A stretch of 45,752 bases of DNA from a virus. The stretch is taken from the IMG/VR virus record IMGVR_UViG_3300030613_000004, one strand, 5' to 3'. Below are positions 15,601-24,404 of the stretch, piece by piece. Both the position numbers and the translations under genes were made by a program. Under the pieces are notes generated by a model, which worked only from the letters and a program-made list of their open reading frames with translations, did no database searches and was not told where the DNA came from. The stretch's first letter is position 1. Each line of letters starts with the position of its first letter.

Positions 15601-17038
15601 CACTATCGCTCTCTCGAACATGGTCAACCTGATAACGACGGGCAAACTCCTGCCGCCTGAAGCCTACGTGCCCTTCGTCAAGAACCCAGAATCACTGACG
15701 AAGTTCAGCTACAATGTGCGTTTTCTGCGCCCTGAGTTGCCCTGGAAGGGGCCGGATGGCCGGCTGCAGTACCTTGACCTTCTCGGACAGGCGGACACAC
15801 CGTTGAGGATGATCGGTGATCCTGAGATGGCGGCGGCTTCACGCCTGGGCCAGCTACCCTCGGCCATCGGGCAGATGGTGGCGGGCGAGACGGCCTTCGG
15901 TGGTGAGCCACTTGAAGACTTGGGTGAGATCGGCGGTTTCATCGCTGAGCAGATAAGCCCGATCCCATCTGCGGGCTTCTGGGGCGAGCAGAAACGCATC
16001 GGCTGGACGGGTGCCATCATTCAGGCCACCGGCCTCAATGTCAGCGCGGAGAGGCTACGCGACCTCCGCAATCGCACGGCGCAAGAAGAGGCCGGGAAGT
16101 CCTACGATGAGATGACCCGTCAGGAAAAGAAGGACTGGCGGGCGAAGCACCCAGAGCAATTCATCACGTCCGGGGAATTGCCCGAAGGTACACCTGCTCA
16201 ACAGGCTGTGGCCCTGAGTGAAAAGCGAACAACTCGCATGGCGGCTCTGGGCGTCCAACTAGAGAACGGTGAGATTGACGGTGGGCAGTACCGTGAAGGC
16301 CGGGGCACGATCCTTCAAGAGATCGCCGCCCAGCGTTCCGACATACCGCCCGCAGGGTACAAGCCCTCGACTGACGAGGAGAAGGCGCTAGATGTCTACT
16401 ATCGGGCGTTGGACGAAAGGCGGGCCGCCTCGGCGACGGGATTGCTGGCCTCTGAGGACTTCGACGCGGCTGACCGTGCGGTGCTGGAGGAACTGGGCGA
16501 GACAGGTCAGAAGGCGCTTATCAGCGCCCTGACCGCTTCCGGCGACAGGGTTGAGAAGCAGTACCTCATGGGCCGCCAGGTGGTTACGGATAGCTACTGG
16601 TGGGAACTTCAAGACATGATCTGGCAGGCGGCGGCTAAGGAACGAGGGGTCGCATCTGCCGATATGACCTACCAGCAGGTCATTGATTCTGTCGAGAACG
16701 CGCTTATCCAGTCGGGGATAGAGCCGACTCCTAGCCTTGTGGAGCGAACCCTGCGAGATCGTGGCTGGGGGCCGACTCTCGATGCTATAGAGACCGGGCG
16801 TGTTCAGTTTCGGGTGAACCATCCCGAAGTTGATGCGCAACTGCTGCGCTGGCGGTTCAGCGGCGTGACAACCGTTCGCTCTGAGGCCGCTATCGAGAAC
16901 TTCCGACGGTTGACCGGTCGTGATGCGAAGCCCGCCGCGACAGGTCTATTCAAGTTCAGCGATGGGCGAGTGGTAGACGGTCTGGGGAGCTGGTGCGACA
17001 CCAATGATCACCAAGTCTGTCGGCTGCTCAGCCCGTAG
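12683..17038 (+). CDS. very large (1451-aa) head-module protein, function unknown; probably virion-associated
   Basis: Uninterrupted ORF between portal and scaffold. The N-terminal ~170 aa are Ala/Pro/Gln-rich. No motif I can assign with confidence. Confidence 0.75.
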   Translation: MSPGAVSTVDRILEDERAKRRKKARFRQVEAELQPVAPPQMAPSAAAVEPVGAAPAPLSSSLPTGAAPTTPRETLRKVEQLLQPSATPSVREMLSPQQQRVLGAGQQMMATAETVRGRYAQEKATQLAATPGGPSLGERQAAGIPGTREEAVPPLTRAVAPPSRGENPLGALEILDKPRQFVKENIIEPALPYTPMALTVDALKKIGVSDKIAGPLYGFVSGGPIGGLLGSLSEDQQAEALSYVLDPANVAFMPGKSLEAARVLVRATPKLGERLAVRLGESKLAQGLGEAVVRGEAGMLGKPARIPTPEELDDAGAILMKARTGEPVGPVVVMRGRGGPTATGRTGTFLTTNPVEASGFATVLRGGGRELPIGSRVTGYTFSAQNPLVVDQKKTAFKALQRLGAIPQNVPANIAEIEFDTLLATGARNQGYDAILFTGKAGKLPGFRRVEVLDLGSLREAVVKGEAGGLDLGGVFGSLPEGEAMRPLSALDDTTRALDYFLGAPKSEEAQRTLIRRYEGEVTADLSLYKAEADGLRSRATATGLKFANKPTRDVPPIVQALDYEGSIDDAVRALNLTPEEEGLARELRRVMDAESALLKRDVPNFSFREFYWPHELTVPPKPLRTFRGRPVGAKPGFTKARRLQGTLVEKLEQRPDLALYTDDPVAMLERRVYQGTLYRQQFVLIDQMKRVGLAVRKSQLVPEAAGTWRTPKDVLAFNPRPVPGKPELFTEPWVVPNEIASAIEDNFGVSAFSSTISLKVLRDTVAGLKFVKTFGGLFQHIDYAMRTLAAATQYRDISMVATIPKAFGRGFVPGLDAKMLAWEAKSMDAGAVARRALLKHGINTQAGLAFMGREYEAMAREFFLYRTPFIGKAIKAFGSGTFVNAHREYMLDIGQKMVAGYRRGGMSLDEAAAKVALDMNERFSSLPAWQSVFRSPTHRDVMRTAFFSMAEQESWIRMPFRQKAFFASILVNTIALSNMVNLITTGKLLPPEAYVPFVKNPESLTKFSYNVRFLRPELPWKGPDGRLQYLDLLGQADTPLRMIGDPEMAAASRLGQLPSAIGQMVAGETAFGGEPLEDLGEIGGFIAEQISPIPSAGFWGEQKRIGWTGAIIQATGLNVSAERLRDLRNRTAQEEAGKSYDEMTRQEKKDWRAKHPEQFITSGELPEGTPAQQAVALSEKRTTRMAALGVQLENGEIDGGQYREGRGTILQEIAAQRSDIPPAGYKPSTDEEKALDVYYRALDERRAASATGLLASEDFDAADRAVLEELGETGQKALISALTASGDRVEKQYLMGRQVVTDSYWWELQDMIWQAAAKERGVASADMTYQQVIDSVENALIQSGIEPTPSLVERTLRDRGWGPTLDAIETGRVQFRVNHPEVDAQLLRWRFSGVTTVRSEAAIENFRRLTGRDAKPAATGLFKFSDGRVVDGLGSWCDTNDHQVCRLLSP

Positions 17039-17191
17039 AAGGCCAAGCCTCAAAGAAGCGCGCTAGCAGGAGGATGAGTCCGATCAGAGACCCAAACACG
17101 AGGCAGGCTATGAGCCAGTTGGGTATCGAAGTCATTGTCTGTTCCCTTCTGGCGGGGATCATAGTGTACCACCATTGTCAAGGAGGGCGTT

Positions 17192-19156
17192 ATGCCCGAA
17201 CCTAATGAGCAGCCGACCCTTGACGAGATACTTGGGACACCTGTAGGTCCAACGGAGGATGAAGATACCTCCTGGCGCAGGGCCAATCCCGATCTTGCCA
17301 TCGAACTCGACCGCTGGAACGCCAATCTGCCAAAGGGCGCGAGGAAACTCAGCGACTTTGAGGCCGAGCAGGCTCAGAAGTACGCCGCGTTGGGCCTCGA
17401 CTTCACCCAGCAATTGAACCTCATGTGGCACTACATCAACAACGAACAGGCCCCCGCTCCCAGCGCAGCGAAGGCGCTCTCGACGGCGCGAACAGATACC
17501 GGCGAGATGGCAGGGGAGATAGACAAGGTGCGCCGCCTGGCTGGGCTGCCCCCTGCGGGTGCCACCACCGGCCTACCCGCTGGCGCTGAGAGTACTGTTG
17601 TAGGCCAAGCGATCTTGGCTGCCACGGACAACCCGCGCACCCAAGCAGCCATGTGGCACGCTGTCGGCAGCGAAGGCGGATACAACGGCCCGTGGGGGGC
17701 TGCGGCTGGCGGCGCCCATGTCGGTGGCGCTGGCGAGGTTGGCCCCTGGCAGATTCACCCAATACACTTCGGGAACATCACTCCAGAGGACGCCGCCGAT
17801 CCCACAAAGGCCGCCGCCTACATGGCGACCACCTTCGAGGAAACTGTGCGCAGCGTTCCCGAGGATGTTTGGCAGAGCGATCCTGGTGGCGCGATTGCGC
17901 TGGCTACGGCTAGGGCTGAGAGGCCAGAGGCCTGGGGCAAAAGCGCCCAGACCCTTGAGGACGCGGTCGCCATCTATGGACGTCCAGAGACCGGGCCGCT
18001 TCAGGCTGGCCCTGGTGGCCTCCCCACAGGCTACCCGCAGGGCGAAGCTGCCCGCCGCGAACTCACCCCTGACCAGCAGAACCAGGCGACCTACCTGAAC
18101 CAAGTCTATGGCCTGCCCCATGACGTGTTCGTCTCAGCGGTTGACCAGGGCATCACGGACCCCGAAGCGATTGTAGCCTTCTGGCAGCAGATGAAGGGTG
18201 CGGCAACGGTAGAGGAACTCCGCGCCGTTGCGCCTGAAGGCTGGACTGAAGCTGACCTCCTCTACTTCATCGGCAAGGGGATGAGTATTGAGGAAGACCT
18301 GCCTCTCATCACCACTTCAGGCCAGAAGCCCCAGCAGTGGTGGGACGCCCAGATGAAGCAGACGGAGGACTTTCTGAAGGAACGGAACCTGACCTGGCAG
18401 GACCTCGACGTGATGGTGTCGGAGGAGATGACGATCCCTGAGTACCAGACTCTCAGCGAGATCACGGGGGGCGACATCGCAAAGATGCGGGCCATAAAAC
18501 AGACGTTCCCCGATCCAGAGACGGCCTGGCAGGCGGCCCAACTGGGCTACGACCCCTCCAAGATGTCGGTGACGCAGAGGGCGCGGTTTGCACTCCAGAC
18601 CGACCCTACCGTCGCTATCATGCGGGGCTGGGAGGGCATCCCTGAGAACATCAGGCCCGACGTGCCGACCGACAAGTTGGCGGCAGCGTATGACGTGGCG
18701 CGTGTCGAGGCTCGTGCCCAGGGCCGCTACCTATCCCCTGACGAGTTCCTGAGGGGCGACTTCCCCGGCCTCTTCGGCGGTGGCACGGTGCAGCAGCTTC
18801 GTCAGGACATGGCCCGGATACAGACTGCGCCACAAGCCAGCTACCGAGCCGCAGCCAAGGGCGAGGAAGGCCTGGCCGAGGCCTTGGTCTCCCCCTCAGT
18901 GCTTGGTGGCCTTCTGGGCCGACCTTCTCCTCAAACCGAACCCCGTGTGCGGACAGCCTGGGGTGAGATGCAGTTCCAGCGGGGGTTGGCTCAAAGCTAC
19001 CTGACGAACCCGAACCTCAACCCTGCTGCTACTCAGGCGGTTGCGGCCCGCTACCCTAAGCTGTTGGAGCGGGTTCGGGAAGAGGAAGAGACAGAGGAGG
19101 AACGGAAGCGGAAGCGGCGGCTGAACACCCTGACCCCCGCTGGCCCTGGGGTGTAA
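17192..19156 (+). CDS. virion protein with a lytic-transglycosylase-like segment (putative ejection / cell-wall-penetrating protein)
   Basis: AGGAGGG precedes the ATG. AMWHAVGSEGGYNG...GAGEVGPWQIHPIHFG resembles the SLT pattern E-S...G-x-x-Q. This is a weak motif-level call. Confidence 0.5.
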   Translation: MPEPNEQPTLDEILGTPVGPTEDEDTSWRRANPDLAIELDRWNANLPKGARKLSDFEAEQAQKYAALGLDFTQQLNLMWHYINNEQAPAPSAAKALSTARTDTGEMAGEIDKVRRLAGLPPAGATTGLPAGAESTVVGQAILAATDNPRTQAAMWHAVGSEGGYNGPWGAAAGGAHVGGAGEVGPWQIHPIHFGNITPEDAADPTKAAAYMATTFEETVRSVPEDVWQSDPGGAIALATARAERPEAWGKSAQTLEDAVAIYGRPETGPLQAGPGGLPTGYPQGEAARRELTPDQQNQATYLNQVYGLPHDVFVSAVDQGITDPEAIVAFWQQMKGAATVEELRAVAPEGWTEADLLYFIGKGMSIEEDLPLITTSGQKPQQWWDAQMKQTEDFLKERNLTWQDLDVMVSEEMTIPEYQTLSEITGGDIAKMRAIKQTFPDPETAWQAAQLGYDPSKMSVTQRARFALQTDPTVAIMRGWEGIPENIRPDVPTDKLAAAYDVARVEARAQGRYLSPDEFLRGDFPGLFGGGTVQQLRQDMARIQTAPQASYRAAAKGEEGLAEALVSPSVLGGLLGRPSPQTEPRVRTAWGEMQFQRGLAQSYLTNPNLNPAATQAVAARYPKLLERVREEEETEEERKRKRRLNTLTPAGPGV

Positions 19157-19167
19157 GCCGCTTACTA

Positions 19168-19196
19168 TTGACAAGCAGCCGCGCTAGTGTGATAGT
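19168..19196 (+). promoter_or_regulatory. Late promoter-like element upstream of the scaffold and capsid genes
   Basis: TTGACA (19168-19173), 17 nt, GATAGT (19191-19196). Shares the 14-mer GTGTGATAGTGCGA with 9164-9177. Confidence 0.5.
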
Positions 19197-19205
19197 GCGA
19201 ATCAA

Positions 19206-19241
19206 AGAGAGGGGTGCGCGATCCTTCGCGTATCCCTCTCT
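19206..19241 (+). promoter_or_regulatory. 16-bp stem-loop at the predicted 5' end of the scaffold/capsid mRNA
   Basis: AGAGAGGGGTGCGCGA-TCCT-TCGCGTATCCCTCTCT: 14 Watson-Crick plus 2 G-U pairs with a 4-nt loop. Two further hairpins follow at 19248-19278 and 19280-19293. Confidence 0.55.
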
Positions 19242-19316
19242 CCATATGTGCGGGCCGCCTTGGAGTAAGGCCGCGCACCCCGCCCCTCGGCGGCCCGCCT
19301 CAACAAAGGAGTCAAG

Positions 19317-20144
19317 ATGGTAACCGATGCCACAGCCAATCCCGACGCTTCGGGCAGCGCTCCGGCGGAACAGCCACCGGCTGAAAGTTCGCCGTCGCCA
19401 GCGGAGTCGCAGGGCGGGAACGGTGCAGGAATCGAAGCCTTCAAGACCTGGCTCGGCAGCATCCAGAAGCCGGAAGAGATTGAGGCCGTCCTCTCACTGG
19501 TGCCCAAGGATGCCAGGGAGGGGACAAGTTTCTTCAAGGACGCCCTGGAGCGTGGGCGGCATTCGGGCCGCCAGAGCGTGATCCATGACCTCGAACTCCA
19601 GAAGCGGGACATCGAGCAGCACGAGCAAGGCCGCCAGCGGTTGGAGGAGATTCAGCGCAGCCTCTCTTCAGAGGATGAACTGGACCCCGCCACCCGCAAG
19701 CGCCACGCCTCAACGCTCTTGGAAGCCGCGCGGGATGTTCGAGATCACGAGTTGCGCGAGGAAGCGCTCAAGGTCTTCAAGGGCGCTACGGACTTCGATG
19801 GCCTGTCGGATGAGCACTTCGACAGGCTGGCCCGTGTGAGCGGGCGGCGGTATGACACCTGGCTCCGTGAGTACGTAGAGGTTCACGGCGAGGTCCGTGA
19901 ACAGAAGGGCTACGAGCGCGGCGTCGAGGAGGCGCGTAGGAAGTTCGAGGGCGAGAGGAAGCTGGAGGCTTCGCTGAGTGGCAATCGGGAGGGGGCTGCG
20001 CCGCCCACTGGTGGCGGTACGCCCTCGGCGGGCATGACCTGGGAGACCTTCAGCGTACTCCCCATTGAGGAGAAGGCGAAGTTCTCCGATGCCGAGCGCG
20101 GACGCATATACCAAGAGCACTTACAGCGGCTTAGAGGTCGCTGA
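19317..20144 (+). CDS. scaffolding protein (putative)
   Basis: AAAGGAG precedes the ATG. 275 aa, acidic with charged heptad-like stretches, immediately upstream of the capsid-sized gene. Confidence 0.55.
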   Translation: MVTDATANPDASGSAPAEQPPAESSPSPAESQGGNGAGIEAFKTWLGSIQKPEEIEAVLSLVPKDAREGTSFFKDALERGRHSGRQSVIHDLELQKRDIEQHEQGRQRLEEIQRSLSSEDELDPATRKRHASTLLEAARDVRDHELREEALKVFKGATDFDGLSDEHFDRLARVSGRRYDTWLREYVEVHGEVREQKGYERGVEEARRKFEGERKLEASLSGNREGAAPPTGGGTPSAGMTWETFSVLPIEEKAKFSDAERGRIYQEHLQRLRGR

Positions 20145-20158
20145 TGAAGGGGAATTAG

Positions 20159-21061
20159 ATGGCAAGCACCGAAAGCTCTACTTATGTAGAAGCAACCACG
20201 ACTACGGGTGCCGTCTACCTCAAGCAGCACTACGCAGTCGAGGCGCAGTTGGCGGCTCGGAAGGCGCAGGTTCTTGCGGGTACGGTGGACACATCCTACA
20301 GCGCAGTGATGCAGTCGGGCGCGGCTCTCAAGATTCCGCATGTCGTGAACATGGCTGTCACGGCGAAGTCCGACAACACGACTGTCACTCCTGACTACCC
20401 GACGCCGACCGACCAGGACATCACCGTGTCCAGTTGGTACTACACGGCGATGTACGTCAACTCAAGACTCCAGGTTCAGAACGACTACGACTACATCACC
20501 CTCTACGGCGGACAGATCGGTTATGCCCTTGCTGGGCAGATCGAGACGGACTGCGCGGGTCTACCCGACGGCCTCTCGGACTCAGTGGGAACCTTCGGCC
20601 TGGAATTGACGATGGACGACTGGGAGTCAGCCTGGCAGAAGATGCAGATTGGCCTTGCACCGAGTAACGACCGCTTCGCCTGGCTGTCCTCGGCAGCGGT
20701 TAGCGCCATCCGAAAGTTGGGGACGCCGATCAGCGCGGACTTTACACGGTCCAACATTGCCGCCCTGGACGATGCCACTCTAGGCATGTTCCTCGGCTTC
20801 AAGATCGTCGAGTCTCAGTACCTTGAGGCACCGGCCACGGGTCAGCACGACTGCGGCGTTCACCAGCGCCAGCAGTACATCCTCATTCGCCAGAAGGACA
20901 TAACCGTTGAGCGCGACCGGATCGTGGGAGACCTCTCCGACCTCATCGTCGGTTGGGAACTCTACGTCACGGCGGAACGCGAAATCATCCCGGAGACGGC
21001 TGTTGCCACCGGCGGTGAGACAGTTGACGACAATTGGGCGGTATGGCTGAAGACAGTGTAG
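20159..21061 (+). CDS. major capsid protein (putative)
   Basis: 300 aa following the scaffold-like gene. Called from position and size only. Confidence 0.6.
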   Translation: MASTESSTYVEATTTTGAVYLKQHYAVEAQLAARKAQVLAGTVDTSYSAVMQSGAALKIPHVVNMAVTAKSDNTTVTPDYPTPTDQDITVSSWYYTAMYVNSRLQVQNDYDYITLYGGQIGYALAGQIETDCAGLPDGLSDSVGTFGLELTMDDWESAWQKMQIGLAPSNDRFAWLSSAAVSAIRKLGTPISADFTRSNIAALDDATLGMFLGFKIVESQYLEAPATGQHDCGVHQRQQYILIRQKDITVERDRIVGDLSDLIVGWELYVTAEREIIPETAVATGGETVDDNWAVWLKTV

Positions 21062-21071
21062 GGAGTCAAAC

Positions 21072-21266
21072 ATGAAGATGGTCGAGGCGGTGCCTGTCGG
21101 GATTTCACCCATTGGAACGGTCATTGTTTGTCACCTCGCTGGTACGCCTGACGCCGGCGGGAAGCTCACGCAGCACCGCTATGAGGTACGGGTAGGCAAC
21201 ACCCTGCACATCAAGAAGAAGACGAAGAAAGCGGCTCTGGCCGTTGCCGAGGCTTTGTGTGACTGA
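21072..21266 (+). CDS. hypothetical protein
   Basis: GGGAG precedes the ATG. 64 aa. Confidence 0.45.
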   Translation: MKMVEAVPVGISPIGTVIVCHLAGTPDAGGKLTQHRYEVRVGNTLHIKKKTKKAALAVAEALCD

Positions 21267-21357
21267 CAGGATTGCCCGACGGCACGCGCCCTCTATCGTT
21301 ATCCCTACACCCGGCGGTCCGCTGATTCGGTCAGTGCCTCCGCTTGGTTGGAAGTTG

Positions 21358-21756
21358 ATGAGGATCAAGGCAACGATACCCGTAGATGCTGACATGCCCA
21401 AAGAGAGGCGCAAGGATTACCTCTATCGGGCAACTCGGCAGTTCATTCGTGAGGAAGAGAAACTACGGGGGGCACGCTTCGCCGGGGGGATTGAATTGAG
21501 TGGGCCGCGTCCGCACCTAGAGGCTCGTCCGCCGGATATACAGGTGGGCGACCGGGGGGCGACGCGGCCCAAGGCCAGGAGTATAGCCGAGGACGCTACC
21601 AACAACGGGAAGGAAGCCTATGACATCTGGGGCAATTTCTGGGTCAAGGAGTGGGTTCAGGAAGTGAGGTCGGACATCATTCAGGAAATGTACCGTAAGC
21701 GTGTTCCTAGTGTCCGCCCGTTCAGAGAGAGGGATTATCCGTGGTTTCGACAGTAG
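21358..21756 (+). CDS. hypothetical structural-module protein
   Basis: Internal ATG of ORF 21244..21756. The upstream part of that ORF overlaps the previous gene. Confidence 0.45.
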   Translation: MRIKATIPVDADMPKERRKDYLYRATRQFIREEEKLRGARFAGGIELSGPRPHLEARPPDIQVGDRGATRPKARSIAEDATNNGKEAYDIWGNFWVKEWVQEVRSDIIQEMYRKRVPSVRPFRERDYPWFRQ

Positions 21757-22535
21757 ACGAAAAACCAACGCCTGTTCCCGTACCTGCCGAATGGATGAAC
21801 CGGCGGCCTACAACCGCAGGAAACAGGAACATCAATCCTATCTTCTGGCAGAAGAACAAGCGAGAGGGCTACTGGATCATCGTTGGCCCTGGGCTGGAGA
21901 CGGCTCAGGCTGACCACTGGATAAAGAAGGGGCGTCGACCACTTCTTGAGTACAGTCTTACCGATAGAGTGAGCGTGAAGACCGGCCTGCGTGACACCAT
22001 AGAACCTGTCGCGGATCGCCTCGGCACTACGTATCGGTACTACTGGCTCTTCAAGAACGGCGGGGCTCATCTTTTCCCTATCGAACAGATAGTTGCCCAC
22101 CACTGGCACATCGAGCCGCCCTACGGCCTGCCCAAGTCTGTCTTCCCCCAGTTGGAGGAGTACGACGTACCAGAGCCGTATTGGTGCGCTGCCTGTGTCG
22201 GCAACAGCAACCCTCTCAACTCTGAGAACGAACTTCTGACCCACGCCATGATCACGCACAGAATGACCTTGCCCCAGGCCCGTGACCTTCTGCCCTTCGC
22301 CCACGAGCGGCCAAAGGAGAGAGGGGCCGTGCTCGCTATTCGCAAGAAGTCGCAGGCTATCGAAGCCGAAGTAGAGAAGCGCGAGAGTGAATCCGCCCCA
22401 ACTTCTAAGCCTACGAAACTTGTGGTCTGCGAGTGCGGCCAGGCGTTCTCTAACGGTCTGGATAAGTACCGTCACCAGAAAGGGGGCCATTGCCCTCGCG
22501 CCAGCGTCTCGGCGAGTGAGGAGACGCAGGAGTAA
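21741..22535 (+). CDS. structural-module protein with two C2H2-like zinc-finger motifs
   Basis: GAGAGGGA lies 6 nt before GTG 21741. Contains CAAC-x15-H-x4-H and CEC-x12-H-x4-H (CECGQAFSNGLDKYRHQKGGH). Confidence 0.55.
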   Translation: MVSTVDEKPTPVPVPAEWMNRRPTTAGNRNINPIFWQKNKREGYWIIVGPGLETAQADHWIKKGRRPLLEYSLTDRVSVKTGLRDTIEPVADRLGTTYRYYWLFKNGGAHLFPIEQIVAHHWHIEPPYGLPKSVFPQLEEYDVPEPYWCAACVGNSNPLNSENELLTHAMITHRMTLPQARDLLPFAHERPKERGAVLAIRKKSQAIEAEVEKRESESAPTSKPTKLVVCECGQAFSNGLDKYRHQKGGHCPRASVSASEETQE

Positions 22536-22538
22536 TAG

Positions 22539-23351
22539 ATGCCTAAGCCTTCAATCGGAATGTTCAACGCCCCGCAGAGTTTGCGGCAACTGACGAGAGG
22601 ACGGGGCTGGAACTCGGAACTTACCGGCTTCCTGCTTCCATTCGCCCGCCAGGACTATGTGTACTGGGAGGATGACTTTCTCTCAGACACCCTTAGCACG
22701 GTGTACTGGGCCGTGGCCTCGACGGCCGCCGCCACGTCAATCACCGACTTCGCTCAGGGATCGTTGGAGAGTGGGACGCTCCGAGGCGACACAGGGACGG
22801 ACGATAACGCCCAGATTGCGATCTACTTTACAGGAGGCGCCACGGGGCCGCTCTTTGACGCGGCTAGGAATCCCGGCACGGAGATCAGGTTCAAGACGGA
22901 CGTGATCACTTCTTGGGACTGTGAGATTGCCTTCACCGACCCCAAGACCGACGAGGCGTTGACCGCCTGTGACCCGGACGCACCCGTGGCGGAAAACGGC
23001 GTGACGGACTTCGCGGGGCTCGTCTTGGACACGGACGACACGATCAAGACGTTCGTCGTTGCAGGGTACGGCACGACTGACACCACTGGTGTTGCTGTCT
23101 CAGCAGGAGCCTTCATGCCAGTGGCAGCGACGTACAGCACCTATCTCGTTCAAGCCGGTGCGAACAAGGTGTTCGGGATAATTGACAACAACTTCGCCTA
23201 CTCTGGTTATACACAGGCGCTCGCAGTGAGCCCCGTTGGCCCCGACACGGGGATCCTGATGCGCCCCTCCTACATCTTCGGAAGTCGGGTCGCCTCTGCT
23301 CAGAAGACCATCGACATCGACTACATCCGCATTTGGGCGGAAAGGTACTAG
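22539..23351 (+). CDS. 270-aa beta-rich structural protein, paralogue 1
   Basis: Aligns over its full length with 23362..24174. Ends TIDIDYIRIWAERY. Confidence 0.7.
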   Translation: MPKPSIGMFNAPQSLRQLTRGRGWNSELTGFLLPFARQDYVYWEDDFLSDTLSTVYWAVASTAAATSITDFAQGSLESGTLRGDTGTDDNAQIAIYFTGGATGPLFDAARNPGTEIRFKTDVITSWDCEIAFTDPKTDEALTACDPDAPVAENGVTDFAGLVLDTDDTIKTFVVAGYGTTDTTGVAVSAGAFMPVAATYSTYLVQAGANKVFGIIDNNFAYSGYTQALAVSPVGPDTGILMRPSYIFGSRVASAQKTIDIDYIRIWAERY

Positions 23352-23361
23352 GGGGTGAGCG

Positions 23362-24174
23362 ATGGGTAAGCCAGTAAATGGCAGGTTTCGCGCCCCGCAG
23401 AGTATGAGCCAGCTTTCCAAGGGTAGGGGTTGGAACTCTGAGTTGGTGGGGTTTCTACTCCCGTTTGCCCGTCGGGATTTCGTCTACTACGATGACGACT
23501 TCCTGTCGGACACTATGGACGCTACCCTCTGGAACCTTGATACGGACGCGGGCTCTACCGCCTTCGCCCAGGGGTCCCTGGAGTGTGGCAACCTTCGCGG
23601 AGTCACCCAGAACACGACTGGGGACAACATTGGGATTCACTTCTCCTACCCCATGTTCGACGCGGCCCGTAGTCCCGGTTGCGAGGTTCGCTGGAAGGTC
23701 GTGACGTACACGGCGGCCCAGCTCCTATTCGAGTTTGGACTGTGGGACGCGCCGACGGACGGCACCTTGCAGTGTGTGACGGACGTTGACACGCCCGCGA
23801 CCGGCAACGGTGTTACGGACTTGCTGGCTATCCACATGGACGGTAGCCAGACCTTCAAGACGTTCGCCCTCGTCAGCGATGGGACTACGCCGACGTGTAC
23901 CAAGACCGCCTTCCCGACCACCCTCATCCCCGTCGCCGACAAATGGATGCGGATGCTCGTGCAGTGTGGGGGTGCTGGCGGAATCGGGGCTATCAGGGGC
24001 GAGACCACTGTGGCAACAGGGGGACAGGGCTGGGAACAGGTCAGTGTATCTACCGGCCCGTCAACGGGCTACTTGATGCAGGCGGCCCTCATGGTAGGGA
24101 CGCTTGCGAATACGGCGCGGACTGTGGACATCGACTACTTCCGTGTCTGGTCTGAGAGGAGTCCGGCTGCGTGA
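23362..24174 (+). CDS. 270-aa beta-rich structural protein, paralogue 2
   Basis: Shares APQS..QL..GRGWNSEL.GFLLPFAR.D.VY..DDFLSDT and the C-terminal TVDIDYFRVWSER with paralogue 1. Confidence 0.7.
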   Translation: MGKPVNGRFRAPQSMSQLSKGRGWNSELVGFLLPFARRDFVYYDDDFLSDTMDATLWNLDTDAGSTAFAQGSLECGNLRGVTQNTTGDNIGIHFSYPMFDAARSPGCEVRWKVVTYTAAQLLFEFGLWDAPTDGTLQCVTDVDTPATGNGVTDLLAIHMDGSQTFKTFALVSDGTTPTCTKTAFPTTLIPVADKWMRMLVQCGGAGGIGAIRGETTVATGGQGWEQVSVSTGPSTGYLMQAALMVGTLANTARTVDIDYFRVWSERSPAA

Positions 24175-24404
24175 GCCTGACGCTAATCTTCAGACAACCG
24201 AGATTTCGCCCCGACCCCCGCCGGTTCCTAGACAGGGCGCAGGACATCGACTACGCCTATCAGAAGGCCGAAGAGGAAGTGGGCGAGAAGATCCCCCGGT
24301 CCCGTGACTACAAGGCATCGGTCTGTCGGGCACGGGCCAAGTTGATAGAAGAGGGCACCGACAGCGAGAAGAAGGCTATCTTCGAGATAGCGGACAGAAT
24401 GTAG
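24171..24404 (+). CDS. hypothetical protein
   Basis: GTG overlaps the upstream stop. 77 aa, charged. Confidence 0.45.
   Translation: MSLTLIFRQPRFRPDPRRFLDRAQDIDYAYQKAEEEVGEKIPRSRDYKASVCRARAKLIEEGTDSEKKAIFEIADRM

Noticed and set aside
16380-16480. EDFDAAD as a two-barrel RNA polymerase DxDGD-type metal site, or the 1451-aa protein as a virion RNAP or a tape measure.
   Set aside because: The spacing is D-x-D-x-x-D, not D-x-D-x-D, and no other polymerase motifs are present. The position between portal and scaffold argues against a tape measure.
17028-17135. 35-codon minus-strand ORF (MTSIPNWLIACLVFGSLIGLILLLARFFEAWPSTG) with a GAAGGGA RBS in the gap before the SLT-like gene.
   Set aside because: It is a plausible single-pass membrane peptide, but it is tiny, antisense to the whole late block and overlaps the end of the 1451-aa gene. 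The evidence is insufficient.
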